A DNA stretch of 54,360 nt, counting the filler, from Sphacelaria rigidula (taxonomy: Eukaryota), in the NCBI GenBank assembly GCA_964200075.2. It is 3 parts of 3 records of this genome, joined end to end, with 100 filler letters (N's around TTAATTAATTAA, not from the genome) between each part and the next. Parts side by side here need not be neighbours in the genome. Positions count along the whole stretch, not along the records: positions 36,312 to 54,360 come from CAXNAA020000930.1; 2 more parts are not named here. One strand, given 5' to 3'. Shown here one piece after another: positions 37,886 to 51,670 of the stretch (position 1 is its first letter; each line of letters opens with the position of its first letter). The position numbers and the translations under genes are program-made. The notes under the pieces are model-generated. The model saw only the letters and a program-made list of their open reading frames with translations. It was not told where the DNA came from and did not search any database.

Positions 37886-38976
37886 AAGATCCACGGAATT
37901 TCTGTTCCTAGCTGGCTCCAGTGAAATTTATAATTAGTAACGCGCGGACAGGAAGTTCAAAAAAATACAGTACGTGAAACTAAGCTTTTTCGATTAAGAC
38001 CAAAACCATGCGGAAGGTACAAAGAAAGAGCACCTGACTCCCACTTGACTCCCACCTTGCGAACCACCACGCCAGGTACTACCCGTTCATGGAACCATGC
38101 AAACCCCACACAACTTTTCTCAGCTATCACCGCAACCCTGCGGCGAAGCACGAGTTGAGCACAGGGATAGACACACTGTCGGGCACACTGCATTAGCTGG
38201 GCATGATGCGTTCATTTTTCGTTGGCGAAAACTTCAGCATCTTTCATGGTAGAGGTCGGAGATGGCATTTGGCATTGAGTGAAAGGGTCGGCGACCGAAT
38301 TGCGTACGCGCTCATGGATAGTGCAGGCAGTACAAAGCTGCATGCTGTTCCAAGTCCTTTTCAGGTCGCGTTGTATGCAGAGAGTCCAGATAGTCTTGTG
38401 CTGTCTGTGCTGCACATCGTTCGCTTCGTCTTCACATCCTACTGGAAGAAACACGCACACGCACTCAGACACAGCCTTGTACTGTAGTCAAGCGAACAAG
38501 TACCGCTTCATGACTTCCATCGTCTTTGTTCCGCTCAAGGCTTTCAAATTCGCGCTGACTCAACTCGCGGAAAACGAAGGAAGTCGCTCGAATCAATTTA
38601 ACCGCACTCTCTCTGCGAGCGAAAGAGTATGTGCTAGTAAGATCCGCCCTCAGTGCCCGATGCGAACGCAAATAGCACAACTGTCGCCCGTGAGGCTAGG
38701 TGGTGGGGAAAACTCTTCTATTTGCCGTACTGTACACTGTTGTACAGTAGTGTATTTCCCCACCACGAAACCGAGCACCACCAGACCCTCCCTTCCACCA
38801 CCCTCCCGTCCTCGCCAAGGGCAGATTTTTTTCTCTCCCACACGTCCCGGCAACGATGAGGATGTGGTATCAGAGGCAACCTTATGGCTTTAGTTATGTC
38901 TTCATACGATGAACTCTAATGTACATGCGCCGGCGTTCGTACCTGTACCGAGTACTACCGGGCATCGACAATTTTT

Positions 38977-39140
38977 GAGGGGAGAACTGGCGACCTTCCC
39001 AGCGCTTTCCAGCGCTTCCTACGATACGTTACTCGATCAAACACACAAATATCACAAGAGGGCCCCGCGTAAAAAGGCATGAGGGGAAACTTGGCGACCT
39101 TTCCAACGCTCTCCAGCGCGTCCGACGATACGTTACTCTA
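38977..39140 (+). repeat. Short direct duplication
   Basis: gagggga.a.ct(t)ggcgacctt.cca.cgct.tccagcgc.tcc.acgatacgttactc occurs twice. Confidence 0.7.
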
Positions 39141-41805
39141 TCATAAACATGTGCGCGTTGCGACAGACTTGCAATTTTGAGGGGAAATCAGGGATCGAGA
39201 TAGCAGACAGGGTGTCCACACTCTGGTTTGTAACTGGAGGCGATGAATACGGTTGAATGGGGTTCATCAACGCTCCTTGAAAAAAAGTGTTTTAAGTAAG
39301 GGCTGTCGGGTTCCCGTCATGGCGAAGAGAGGGCAGGCGAAGCAATGGGGTGTCTGCTGAGGCCGCAGGCAGCTCGATCGACGATATGGGTAGTGAAAAC
39401 AAGCCACCAGGTGGTGCGAGAAGAGAGAAATCCGCGTATCCCGACATGTATTAGGAATGTATGTTATGTGCTCAGTAGTATTGCTTCGTCATTTTTGCCA
39501 CCACTGACTAAACTGTGGTATTCGGCAATGAGCACAAACGTTCGGTGATCACCATCGAAGGTTATGTATACCGGCATTGTTTCCACCTCAAGAATTAGAA
39601 TGAGCCCAGATGGCCCACCTTTTTCGGCGGTCACAACGATTCAACAGATGACCTACTCTGGTTGTCGCAGAAAAAAAAAAACTCATGAGGCGATCCTGAC
39701 TATGATCGGCAGTTGAGTCATACTAAACGCATGCACAACAAAGCATGTTTGTTCTTGGTGGTCAATCCCTCGAAAGCGCCAGGGTTTTGCCCATTTGTTG
39801 AATCGCCATCGTGTTTACTCAATTGTCCATATGCGGGCACTCAAGGAATTGACCCTTCGACAAGAAGAAGTATGTACGTGTTCACTGTCTGTTGTGGCAA
39901 CCTTACGCAAGAATCAACGAAAAGAACGGGTGCACTGGCATGAAATGGACTCGCGTGAACTGCTTCGCGGTCAAACGGCTCACAGACAACGAAAAATACC
40001 GAAACGCTTCAACAACCATGATCATTTATTTTGCCACAGCAGTGTTCGTGAACGCCCCAGTAAGCATACCTCGGTCGCCTGACCTTTAATGTTTTGATCT
40101 ACGTTCGACGCACCTAGGGCTGGGAAGGTCAAGGTTGGGGTTAGTTCATCATGTAGGCGCATTTTTGACAGCGCTTTGTTTAGCGAGGCGACATATTGAG
40201 CAATGACCATCAACCATTTCTGCCGCCAAAATGATGGACAGGCCTCGTGGTTGGCGATGCAGGAACCGGAGATTGGAAGAGAGATGTGATGGTTTTTGTT
40301 GTCGGTCATCATCATGTGATGGATCTCTCACCGTCGCCACCTACATCTGTCATTTGACGAATGCGAAACGTCACACCAACACACACACGCCGGTGTGGAA
40401 TGGTGTGATGGAAAAACGAGTGTAAAGCTTTCCCTGTTTGCGCAAATACTACTGAACTTCTTTACACCCACACCTTGAAAGGAGAGAACGTACCAGAGAC
40501 TCCACAGAGAACATACTCAGGGCTTAGGGGCACCTCGCCGCGGCCAGTGCTACTCGTACAGTGGCGACCGATGCGCCCTTGGATCTTTTTTCCATAGGGT
40601 TTTCCGTAGAGTTCGTAGAGTCCATTCACCTTGTTGGTTGTGACAAGTTGGCTGCTCCGATTCCACCTGTGTTAACTTATTATGCAGCAAGCCATCAAGC
40701 GGGGACGGATATTTTCGGTCAGGTACCTCCGTCGGGTGGATGCTTAGTGACGGCTGCAATACTTGCTGAATGAAAAATGAAGGCATGATGGGCACTGCAT
40801 CATACGATACACAAGCAGCCCCCGGCGCTTGCCCACCGGCCATGATACGATCACGATGATGCTATTTATATCCTGTCGCCGTAAGATCTGGAGGGTTCAA
40901 GTCCCATCATGTGTATGCGTAACTGCAACGGATGTACTTTCCATTAATTCATAGAGTAACTTCTTGGCTTCTTCAATTGTTCTTGCGGATGCACTTTTGA
41001 AGATTTTCCAATTTAGTATTCTGAAAAATTCGAATCTTTGAACATCTATGTCGGAAAACTTCAAATTACAGAGTATATGTCCCCAGTGAGCAGATCTGCA
41101 TTTCCTCGGATAGCCCGCAAGCGACTACGCTAGAATATGCCGTGCATATCACTCGCACATAAAACACCGCACCCCACCTTGGATGGTACTATCATTTTTG
41201 GTGCCGTGCCAGTGCCTAAACCGTTACAGGTGTACGCGGTATATCACCCCCAAAGACAACAACCCAGGGTATCAAGTTTTTGGATAAATCAGCTGCTTAT
41301 CGTACCACCGTGTCCTACTGTACACGACTGCCATTAGCTGCTCGAGATCTGGACTCGACGCCACCTATATCATGTCGTCTCCAGCGTTGTGCGTGCGGGT
41401 CTTTAGGCACTGTGACGTCATCGAGCACATCGAATTAGAGTTGCTGTATGCAGGTCAGAGCCTTTGCCCAGAAAGAATATCCGTGGAAGTTTTTCGCGGT
41501 CACAAATGTACCAGGTTGATGTGCGGTCGGGGCGGGTACAACGGAAACACGCAACGCCCACCGCCCGTTTTGAATGACGAGTTCCCGGCTGTAGTCCGGA
41601 TATAATCTCTGCGATCACACGCGCCCGTCCGTGGTTGTAAAATGTATGTAGAGAGTCAGGTCAGAACAGACTCCCGCTAAACCCACGAGGCCCCCACGCT
41701 TCCAAAATCATTCCACTCGGCATTTTCGACTCCTTAGCGCTGGACCTGCCCACCCCGAAGATCACCTCTCAGCTAGCTGCTCCAACATCGTTTACTCCTT
41801 CAACT

Positions 41806-43756
41806 ATGCAGGTGAGTTGTCGTGGCTATCGTTTGCGTACACATGTGTATCAGCAGATACATAGGTACCCTAGACCAACGCCTCGAATGGCACCTGTGAT
41901 TGCGTGTCCCCGTGGTTTTACGTCGCACATGGGTGTAATACTCTGACCTGCATCCATGTCAACGAATATTGAGTATCCGGCATCACCTCGCCTCAGTTCC
42001 TCTTCAAGACCACCTTCACGAACATACAAGTCTTGACGATCACACGCCGCGTTGGTAAACATATACTATACCCCCGTCGCTCCATCCCCCGTTGTTTGTT
42101 CAGCGGCTCTGTTGGTTTGATTTTACCACAACGTGGAGAATATAATAATGTAACGCAGGGGCACAGAGGAAGCAGTTGCAGTTCACAGAGTTGCATGCAT
42201 ACTAGTAGCGCATGCGTTGGAAACGTCTTAAGTGTACCACTAGCAACGCACGCCAGCACACATGTACTTGATATTCGTCGAATTAGTTCGCTAGTCAAGA
42301 AACAAGCAGCAAGTGTCCTGTTGCGCGCCACAGAGATAAATCGCTCGCAAGCTTTACATCGTGCTCTGTTCACCACTGTGCATTCGAGACCCGGCTGATG
42401 TGTGCTCTTTGAGGACAGGGGAGAGGGCTTCGTCCTGAGAATCACTTTTTGCTGGTGAACATGTGTGACAGCTACTCGTGAAAGATCGGGTCCAATACAC
42501 TACAGGTGTTTCAGCCTTCGTTTCTGTTGAACAAAGGTTGAGTTTACAACTAAATACGTAGCATTAGCATTCCTCACGGCGAAAACCGACGTTGGCACTT
42601 TCGAGTTTCACGTGTGCGCTGCCACCCTGATCGCGTTACTTCATCTACTCTAAAGGAGCAATGCTGCGGTAGGGGTACACTTTTTTGACGAAATATTGTC
42701 TAGTTCAGGGGCTCCTGACGATTCTAGATGCACAAGAATATAGGTCAGGGCGTCCTCGTTTGCATATTCATTCGGGATATCCCCAGCACAATGTAGTAGT
42801 GATCCTGGTGCACTTTTGCATATTTTCAGAAGTGGTGTTTTGCATGAGATCAAGGGCTCCTAACAATTCTAACCTGAATATCTGTGCACACCTACCGTAG
42901 CATCACTCATAGTACATGATCGTATGCTAGGGTTGCTTACCTCTTCTTGAACTTGATCATTTCATGTACAAGGATCGTGCAGCCGCATTCTCTCTCACAT
43001 TCTATCTATAGTGCAGAACAGCTGTTACTTTGGGGCGTGCTTTACCATTCGACGGCACGACTTGCTTTGCGGTCGCGTGTCACAGTAGAGTAGTCAGCAA
43101 AGACCGACCAAGAGTACTCACAGGCCCAGAATACTGAAATGCAGCATTTGCACCAGATTGTACTGTGGGTTACTGGATTGCATGATTGTCGCCGGAAGCT
43201 CAAGAGACCGGACCCCCCTCCGATCCCCCTCCGCGTGTACGTGTCGTGCGTTTCTTCCCCTTCTTTTTCCCGGACCTTTCAGGGTGCTGGACCCTCCCAC
43301 TTCATCTGTGCATCATGCAGACAAGAAAAGCAAATAATGGAATTTGGTGGCAGCCAGTTTAGCGGCCAAGGTATCCTACAATACTTCTGCATGCAGTGCT
43401 TCCGAGCTATGGAGTCGGTGACTGCCGCCGCTGCTGCGGCCAGCGGCAGCGGCGCCGGCGGCTACAACATGGCGCCCACTCCCACGCGCATTGCGCCGGC
43501 TGCTGGAGAAGGCTTCGTCCGTTGCGTGGCCTGTTGCCAGCTCAAGCCCACTTCATCGTTCGGCGTTAATCAGCTACGGCGCCGCGCGGGCATCGAGCGG
43601 TGCGCCGCTTGCGTGGAGACGGACAAGGGGTCAATGGTACTCTGCAACTCGTGCCACAGGCAGCGACCCTTCACCGACTTTTCCAAGAAGCAACTGGCCT
43701 GCAAGCCCGGGTCGGAGCGATGCCGCCAGTGCATCGAGGAGTCCACTGATTCTTGA
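41806..43756 (+). CDS. Small protein with three C-x2-C...C-x2-C zinc-finger repeats resembling the Stc1 domain
   Basis: The main exon 43283-43756 follows a polypyrimidine tract and CAG acceptor, and its distal part has GC3-rich, coding-like composition. Repeats: CASCRQEKQIMEFGGSQF..CMQC, CVACCQLKPTSSFGVNQL..RCAAC and CNSCHRQRPFTDFSKKQL..RCRQC. A candidate first exon ATGCAG|GTGAGT at 41806-41811 is phase-compatible (159 aa total) but uncertain. Confidence 0.7.
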
Positions 43757-46700
43757 GATCGAGACACCATCTTCCACGGACTGGCTGCTGGGGTTGTGGA
43801 GAGGCTACCATGGTTGGTTTCCATCGTAGCTTTCGTTCCCAGGTCGACGGTCTGTGGCTACCGTTATCAAAACGGAGTGATGGATATCTGACTCGGCGCG
43901 CAATTGCTGGGGAGGAAGGATGGGTCTGAGTGGACGGAGGTATCCGGGAAAGGAGTCGGGTTCAAGGCACAAGTATCACGGGACGATGACGGGATATTTT
44001 GACGGTGCGGGTTGGTTTGGCTGAAAAGGCAAGGTTTTGTGTGTGCGGAGGTAGTAAAAAGGTGGATCGCAGTAGTATTGTCGGTGCCAGTCAACGCGGC
44101 GAACGAACGCATTCGCTTGTCAGCCCGTTGAAGCTTTATTTGGCTGTATGCTCAATTGTGTCAAAAATTGAATGGACATGTTTGGTTGTGCGTCCAGGCA
44201 CGACTGTGATTGAGTACAGGTAGAAGACAACTGTGGTGTCCGTGTCCGTACGCCGCGGTGGAGCTTCGGCCAGAAACACGAAGGGGGAGATAAAGATGAA
44301 AATTCATGCGGGTGGTGCAGACTTCAATATTTGGCGATGTTGGCCCCCTCAATTATTTCTGAAATACTGTATTTAAAATGGCATGGTGCCATGCATTAAT
44401 CTTCTTACAAAAAGCCGGCGGTAGTTGGAGAATGATGGGTATTGCGTGCGCTTCCTCCCCGGCCTGGTTTACGGTGTTGGTACTAGAAACAGAAACGCGC
44501 CGATGCCGCGCCAAGTGCATATATACTGTATACTGCATCTCTAAATGCGCAGACGCTGTCCTCGAAGTATATGTCCGAAAGCTGCTTTTTCTTCCTGGAT
44601 GATGATCATCTGGCAAGATGGAGTATTAAAAGTGAGGAGCCCATAGATGGGGACGGGGCGTCGCGGCTATCGGATTTTGCTGACATTTTTTTCGTTTTGT
44701 GCTGACCAGGGCGGGGGTGCACGTGGAGTGTATTCCTTCGACAGGCGGCGAGCAGGCACCGCGTTAGGTAGTGAATTTTACGAATATGCTAGCCTTATTA
44801 AATATTATTGGTGGTGTTAGTCCTTGTGGATCAGTCAGACATACCCGCTCGGCACCATATGGTGCCCCCAGCATATTTCGAAAAGGAGTGCATGTGGAAA
44901 TACGAAGGGTCGGTTGGGCGTCAAGTTACGAGAAGCAGCCTACTGTCAAGCGAGGTTACATGTAGTGACAATGAGGAATGCGCATGGAGTGTATTTCGAC
45001 AGGCCTGCAAGCATTTGCGTAAAGACTGGAAAATGGATGAGAGGAGGGGGGGTTGCGTGTGTATGTACAAACGTGTTTCGCATATTGCATTACCCTCTTG
45101 AGTGGTTCATCGTTGAGTGAACACGTGGTGTGGTGTTTCGAAGCCTTGGTCTTTATGTCATTTTTGATATTAATCTATGTTGTTCGTGTGCCGCCCTTCG
45201 AAGTAATGACGATGGTGCGAGTGGAAGCAGGCCATCATGATGGCTATGCGGTGGTGTGTAAGCTTTTTGTGTGCCACCATTGGACATGATGGTGCGAGTG
45301 GAAGCAGGCCATGATGGTTTGCGGTGGTGTGTTTGTTGTCTGATCATTGTACCCGGCCTCCAGCACGGCAATAGTATTGTCAAGCCCGGTCGGGCAGGTT
45401 TATGTCATGTCTCTCGGTTGCCATGATTGACCCAGCGGAGGCTTACTTGCCCCCATCGGTGCTTTCACGTACGTAGATCAGTGTTTTTTTTTCCTGCTAG
45501 TGTGTGGGGTCGCGCGGGCAACGCGGTGTTCGTTTTGTACGGTCGTTGGGTATCGTTCTTGTCCCGTCGGCTTGGTATCGGGGCGTACTCTTTATCTTGC
45601 GTACATACGCTGACATTGACAGAGACTTGTGAAGGAGACGACTCTCGATTGTGGGTTGAGATTGGTCTGGAAATCGTCCTTTGAGGAAGGGAACGAAGGC
45701 CGTTGCGACCCCGAGCTATAGACATGGGTGGTATTGCATATCAACGGATGTGAGTGGGCGGCGGGCGCGGGGACAAAAAGTGTTGATTGTGCAAACAGTG
45801 CGTTTCGAAAAACAAGAGAAAAACGTTCATATCAACATCTCCAGCTTCGGGGGGAGAATGCATGCCGTGTGGCATTCTGAAGCGTTCTTTTTTATGCGAG
45901 TGGCGTTTGTGTTCAGCCACGTTTTTTCTTCCCATCTGTGCAGCATGCACATTTGTTTGCATTTCGAGTAACCCACGATAACCCACTCTGCTCCTGTGGC
46001 TTCTTCTACGAAGACCGTGGGTTTTCTTTCACTCCAGTCACTATACCCACTCTTCTGATGTATATAGACAACCAGGTTATTTCGAATTTTTGAAAATGAG
46101 GTCCAACCCCAAAACAGTGCTCTCTCTGACCTAAAGTCATGACAAATGAGTTTCATATGGACGACATCATGACCCCCGACCTCCCTTGAAGCTATATTCA
46201 AGTGTTTTCCGTCTTTCGTTCCACGATAGGGTATGTCCGAATGCGCTTTTTTGCCTCGATTTCGGGGTGAAAACATGGACGTTTTTACCCCGAAAATGGT
46301 ACCTTCGCACGTACCCTTTGGGGGGGGCGGAAGACCGGAAACCCGGAAAAATCATTTCAGAGAGGTCGGGTGGCACGAGGCCAACTATACCAAGTCATCT
46401 GTCATGACTTCAGGTCAGGGAAAGAGCACTGTTTTGGAGTTACTGTAAACCATATTTTAATGTTCCCCCTCACTTCCGAGGATAATCTGTTCATATCGGG
46501 TTTGCCCATGACCCATGAAGTTGCAGGTCTCGTTTATGCGCTTGACCACGGTGAGAACCGATTATCTTATCCTTCCGCCGTTCGTCCAGTTATTAGCGGT
46601 CAGTCATGCACAGATTCTGCGTATTCCGATATCCACTCTCTCGTGCTGGTCGTTCTCAACTGGTCGTTCTCAACTTGCAGTTGGTCGGCGGTCGCGCCGG

Positions 46701-47424
46701 TCAGGTTCTTCCCGTCGATCGTGAGACGTCATGGCAGCCTTTGTTTTTCGAAACAGTAGTGGTCACACAAGAGTAACAAACCCTGTCCGTATACAGTAGT
46801 ACGAAAAATAACATGACACACACGATATAGCTCTAACTACCTAGCCCTTCTCCCCGCGCTGGTGCTCTGTCTCAGACAAAACGCACTCTCACGGCTGTAA
46901 CACACTTCGTTTCACGTTTCCGCCCTCACCACCTCAGACACATCTCAATACCACCCTGCTATCCCACTGACTGACCTGCATAATGAAAGAACTCCACCTA
47001 GATGTTGATGTCCTTGTTTCTTCCACTGCTGGACTCTCAGGTAATCAAATGGTCTGAAATCCCAGATTGGTTGGGGTAGGGACTTTGGCGTCTACCGCCA
47101 TCACTGTCCACCACATATTGTGAAGTAGGAAGTTAGTAGCAAACCCGAAAGCCCGTGCTGCTGTGAGGCCGGAAACTCCCTTAGTAACTCGACGTGATTC
47201 TTGATTTTTTCGCGTCTAGTAATCGCGGCGCCGTAGTTGACGGTATTTCAGTGCCCATTGACGTACACATGGCGAATACTGGCAGTCAGTAACGCTGAGC
47301 GAAGCGTCATTTTGTCTCGATTTTGGGATTAATTCAGCACCAAAGGACTCTACTTTCGCTCTGCGATGTGGGCGTACAGAGTCGGTGAACAGTGCACACG
47401 CGGCCATTTGGCTACCCGCCAAAA

Positions 47425-47670
47425 TGCCCCCGGAGCAAAACAAGCCTCCGGAGGCCTTCAATCCCTCTAGAGGAAACCAAACTCTACAGAGCCGCGCACC
47501 CCTCCGGAGGAATTTAGGGATATGCGCGGCCCTCCAGCGGCAAAAACAAGCCCCCGAAGGCGTTTAACCCCTCTGGAGGAAACCAAACCCTACAAGGTCG
47601 CGCACCCCTCCGGAGGCGTCTAATTCCTCTGCAGGCTCGAAAAGTTTACCCACCTGGAGGAATTCTGGGG
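47425..47670. repeat. Imperfect tandem repeat (~105-bp period)
   Basis: aaaacaagcc.ccg.aggc.tt.aa.ccctct..aggaaaccaaac.ctaca..g.cgcgcacccctccggagg occurs twice, plus a partial copy. Confidence 0.7.
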
Positions 47671-47946
47671 CTAGCCAAATGGCCGCGTGTGTGGAGTCGT
47701 TAAAGAAGCATCCACGAGAACGAGGGGCAATGGGTTGGCAAAAAAATCATTGGGCATGGAATGGTTTGAAGCGCGGTCTCGGGGTTGAACACCAGATTTG
47801 TTTTTCATCTTTTTGTTCAAGCAACTCTCTCACAGTTGCCTGCCTTTCGCTTCAAGTAGCGATATTTTGGATAATGCTCACAGAAAAAAACAGGTGGCGG
47901 AACGTTCTAGCGGACAGCCCCCCCATATATGTTCACCGCGTAGGTC

Positions 47947-48317
47947 GCCACGGCGGCTCAGTTGGTAACCTCGAAACCTTCTGACGGCTCTGGGTTCGGT
48001 CGTGGGCTCGAATCTCGGAGCGATCTGGGATTTTTTCTCACACAATGCCCAACAGTAGTGGAGAGCGCGACTGTGTCGTGGGTACACAACATTCGACTCA
48101 ACGAACAACAACACAACGGTCGACGAGGAAAAGGGGTTACTAAACCCCTCACGCGATAAAAAATAAAGGCAAGCACCGCAGAAGGGGGGTGGGCAACTGG
48201 AAACACACAAAAAAGAAAAACGCCCCGTGTTGGCCTTCCTCCTGTCTGTGTGACCTCGGCTGATGCGCCCACATATACCGAAAGGTGTAGACCGGCGTCC
48301 AGAATAGATGGGGTGAC

Positions 48318-48355
<38 letters not shown>
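47947..48355 (+). mobile_element. tRNA-derived SINE-like element with (CA)n tail
   Basis: A box GGCTCAGTTGG and B box-like GGCTCGAATC; the body is homologous to 31227-31577 and ends in a long (CA)n microsatellite at 48318-48355. Confidence 0.7.
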
Positions 48356-48356
<1 letters not shown>

Positions 48357-49324
48357 CCAATCTACATACAATCCACGCCCGTTGAGCAGGGTACAGTGTG
48401 TGTATGCGAATTGGCTGGACAACTTAGCGTTCATGGGGAACTACCAGCGTTCGTGCCGCCGCGTCGCGGTCGCCTTTCGATCTGATCACCACATGAATTG
48501 AGGTCAATGCTGACGGCACCACGTGGTACCAACCATCACCCACAGTCCGTCCGACCTTTTTTCTGCAGCAGTAGCGGTTGGGGTGGACGCAAGACGCGAA
48601 ACTGAAGCGGGTCGAGTACTGCCGAGTCCTCCTACGGTACCACCCGCCCCCCCCAAACCAGCCAAAAAATGTCACGAAGAAAATGCCACACAGCGCCAGG
48701 GCCTGGTGTTTGGTTTCAGGCTGCATGAAGTGTTTCGTACGGGCGATAATGGTGAAAACGAACCCAATCGTGGGAATTCTTAGCTGCTCGTTATGCACGG
48801 CAATTTTCATTTCGATTTTCGTGTAGATTTTGCCTCCCCAAACCAGCCATTATTGGCGGGGGGGGGGGGAAGGGGCTACCGTAGAAAGACTGCCCATGGT
48901 AACTCCGCTCCACCCAGCGCTGTTGCTACCGTTCTACGCCAACTAAAGCAAGGAGGTCCATCCATTTCACAGAACAATTTCTGATTTTGCCAATGTTGCC
49001 CTCCTACGGGGAGTTACCAAGTCGTCCATCGAGTGTAGTGCATCATGAAGTCAACACAGACGTTTCAACCTCGGGAATCAGGGTACAGCGCACGCTACGC
49101 TGACAGCAGGAGAGCGCACGAGATCGTAAATTGAACCGATGGTTGATTGATCGTGTACCAGACTGTCAAAAATGTTTTCCCGACACACTATCTGGCGCAC
49201 CTGCTCAAACTATTCTGAATTATCATTGTACTATTGTCATAATCCATTTTGGAGCATATGGGTACGGTACTGTTGTAGCCCACCTGCAGGAACCTGAGGT
49301 ACAAGCTACTGCTACTCCCTTATT

Positions 49325-49458
49325 TGCTGCTGTTGCTGCTGCTGCTGCTTCTGCTTTTATCGCTATACTTTCTCTTCTGCTGTTATCGTTGCTGCTGCTG
49401 CTGCTGCTGCTGCTACTGCTACTGCTACTGCTACTGCTGCTACTGCTGCTGCTGCTGC
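49325..49458. repeat. (CTG/CTA)n trinucleotide microsatellite
   Basis: Runs of gct/ctg/cta; they explain the poly-L, poly-S and poly-C ORFs here. Confidence 0.9.
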
Positions 49459-50129
49459 CGTGTAGGACACAAACAACGACCTGCGTCGCTACGGAAGAAT
49501 ACTCCAGGGTCGGTTTCGGGACGCCCGAGTCCGTCCACAGAACAGAGATTATTTCACACGAGAGGCTCGCAATAGCTGCCTGCATACGAAGCTATTCTGA
49601 TCGCTGGCCGGCACATTATCTAGGTGGACCTTTTTTGGGCACAGTGAGCGCATCATCATCACCTGGACCGGTTACGTTGCCCTTGTTTGGGAGAGGTGTT
49701 TGCTATATGCTGTCAACGGCAGCAGTTTGGAGAGACCATGTATGTGCTGAACTCCAGGATGTTGATGGACCAATTTTTCCAATTTGTGCAGTATCTGCAA
49801 CAGTATTGTATTATACTATTGTGTACTCTATGCTTAAGGCTGGCCGTGTTGGCGAATCCAATGCTGGCTATGGTGCCGGGTGCTGCTATAGTAGGGAAAC
49901 GTTGTCCCGGTACTCTTTTGCGGAGCTGAAGTCCCAAAGCGAAGCAGTCTCTCTGCCGTCGTTTCGCTTGCGCTTCGCCGTTCATGTCAAAATATCGGAT
50001 CTTTGAAGGGTTATCGCTCATGCTTCGAATAATCCATTGTCGAATAATATTACTCCGCACAATACCTTCCTGTCCGGATATCGAAAAGCGCTCTCAAAAG
50101 TGTTGTTGACTAAAATCAATACTACGCAC

Positions 50130-50630
50130 AACCCTCACATGACCCCACCCCGGAATGGTGCACATTGGAGTGCTTGGTATGAGAGGATGGCCTTGGTTTC
50201 CCCCTTTAATCCTGCTGGTGCTCCCTGTCCTCTTTTCACCCTTTCGCCGTCAGGATGGGTGACGTGGGTAAACAATTTTCTGCACTTTATAGCGAGACTA
50301 CAGTAGTGGAACTGATGCCGATTCAACAGATGATGACCCACACTTGGATTGGTTTGATTGCTTGATGGATTGTCCCACATTAATGAAGTGATCCCCCAGT
50401 GGCCCAGCTGTGGTCACTGGATAGATGTACCCAACCCTATGATGATCAAAAGGTCAACCTGTCCGAAGATGCTGTGTATTTCGCCGCCATTTACCCTGAG
50501 CACAACGCGATCATCGGCCCTCCATGACTGGTATCCACGAGAAATGTTTTCTACTTCGTGGTTGAACAACATTGCAGAGTTCAGCAGTGCAGACAGTTTC
50601 CCCTGCAGTGCATGCAAGACGTCGCGTTTT
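50130..50630 (-). mobile_element. Possible decayed non-LTR reverse transcriptase fragment
   Basis: Minus-strand LQGKLSALLNSAMLFN....RADDRVVL loosely resembles the LINE RT motifs QG..LSP.LFN and YADD. Stop codons follow, and a SINE copy abuts it at about 50633. Confidence 0.3.
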
Positions 50631-50632
50631 GG

Positions 50633-50880
50633 GGTGTGTTGTGTTGTTGCCATCCCGTCTATTCTGGACACCAGCCTACACCTTTCGGTATATGTGGGTG
50701 TATTAGCCGGGGTCACACAGAAGGAAGGCCAACACAGAAGTTTTTCATTTCTCATTTCGTTTGTAGTACTCCACCTTCCTTCTGCGGTGTCTGCCTTATT
50801 TTTCGTCACGAGATGTGCCAGCGGTCCCTTTCTCTCATCCACCGTGAAGTCGAATTTTTCGTACGGCCTGTGATTTTGGG
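50633..50880 (-). mobile_element. 5'-truncated copy of the SINE family
   Basis: Reverse complement of cccacatataccgaaaggtgtagg..ggtgtccagaatagacggg..caacaacacaacac. Confidence 0.7.
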
Positions 50881-51468
50881 ACCCGGCGAATCATTTGCTC
50901 ACCACGACCAGTTTTCTTCTTATCGAGAGCGGTGCATACACCAAGAGAAGAGGTATTTGCCACAGAAAAATAGTCACATGATGGCCGCACTGCAGCGGAA
51001 CGTGAGGTATTTCGGGGGAATTATATTCATGGCTGGCACACTTTCTAAATAACGGTAACGGTAGCCCTAACCCCAACCCAAGGCATATCGAAGAACTTCG
51101 GGCAAGGAGGGCGCAAAGAGGACCGCAGGCACGGCGGACCTCAATTCGGCGCTTGTGGTGCCCAATTGGGCAAAACGTGTTGTGTGCAAACGATAGGAGG
51201 CACTTGGGACTATTAACCCCACTTGAAGATCCGAATCCCATTCGAATGGAGTACCTCGTAATACCAACCATGAATAGAATGGTTCCTACCTGGACAAATC
51301 ATACGGGGAACCGTGGCCGCTCTGAGCGCGGGGTGCTGAACTGGTATTTCGCTGATTCTACCTCATGGTAGGGGCAGCAGTTGTGAGTGTTTCATTTTTC
51401 ACGGCAGCGCACTCTAGTGCAGCCCGGAAACTGCCCCCCCCTCCCCCCCACCTAGGGGTAGGCACGGT

Positions 51469-51670
51469 GCTCCGTCTCGAAAGGGATGCGTGGTCAACGG
51501 CCAAACGACTAAGGCAAGCAACAAATGAGTAACCTCCCCCCCCTCCCCCACAGAGCCATCGTGCGCGCTAGGTGAAGTGCTTCCATACTACAACTAAGGC
51601 AAGCAACAAATGAGTAACCTTCCCCCCGACTTCCCCACAGAGCCATCGTGCGCGCTAGGTGAAGTGCTTC
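51469..51670 (+). repeat. LINE-like 3' end with tandem ~85-bp duplication
   Basis: actaaggcaagcaacaaatgagtaacct(C-rich)acagagccatcgtgcgcgctaggtgaagtgcttc occurs twice. Confidence 0.75.

Noticed and set aside
38860..38911. Possible terminal exon (MWYQRQPYGFSYVFIR*) for the Trx-like gene
   Set aside because: Would need an unusual GAG acceptor and lies beyond an assembly gap; cannot be supported.
40550..41620. ORF fragments that look vaguely coding
   Set aside because: Frequent stops, no identifiable family and no phase-consistent splice chain.
49131..50006. 291-aa ORF with poly-Leu, and overlapping poly-Ser/poly-Cys ORFs
   Set aside because: Driven by a CTG/CTA microsatellite; no recognisable domain or splice support.
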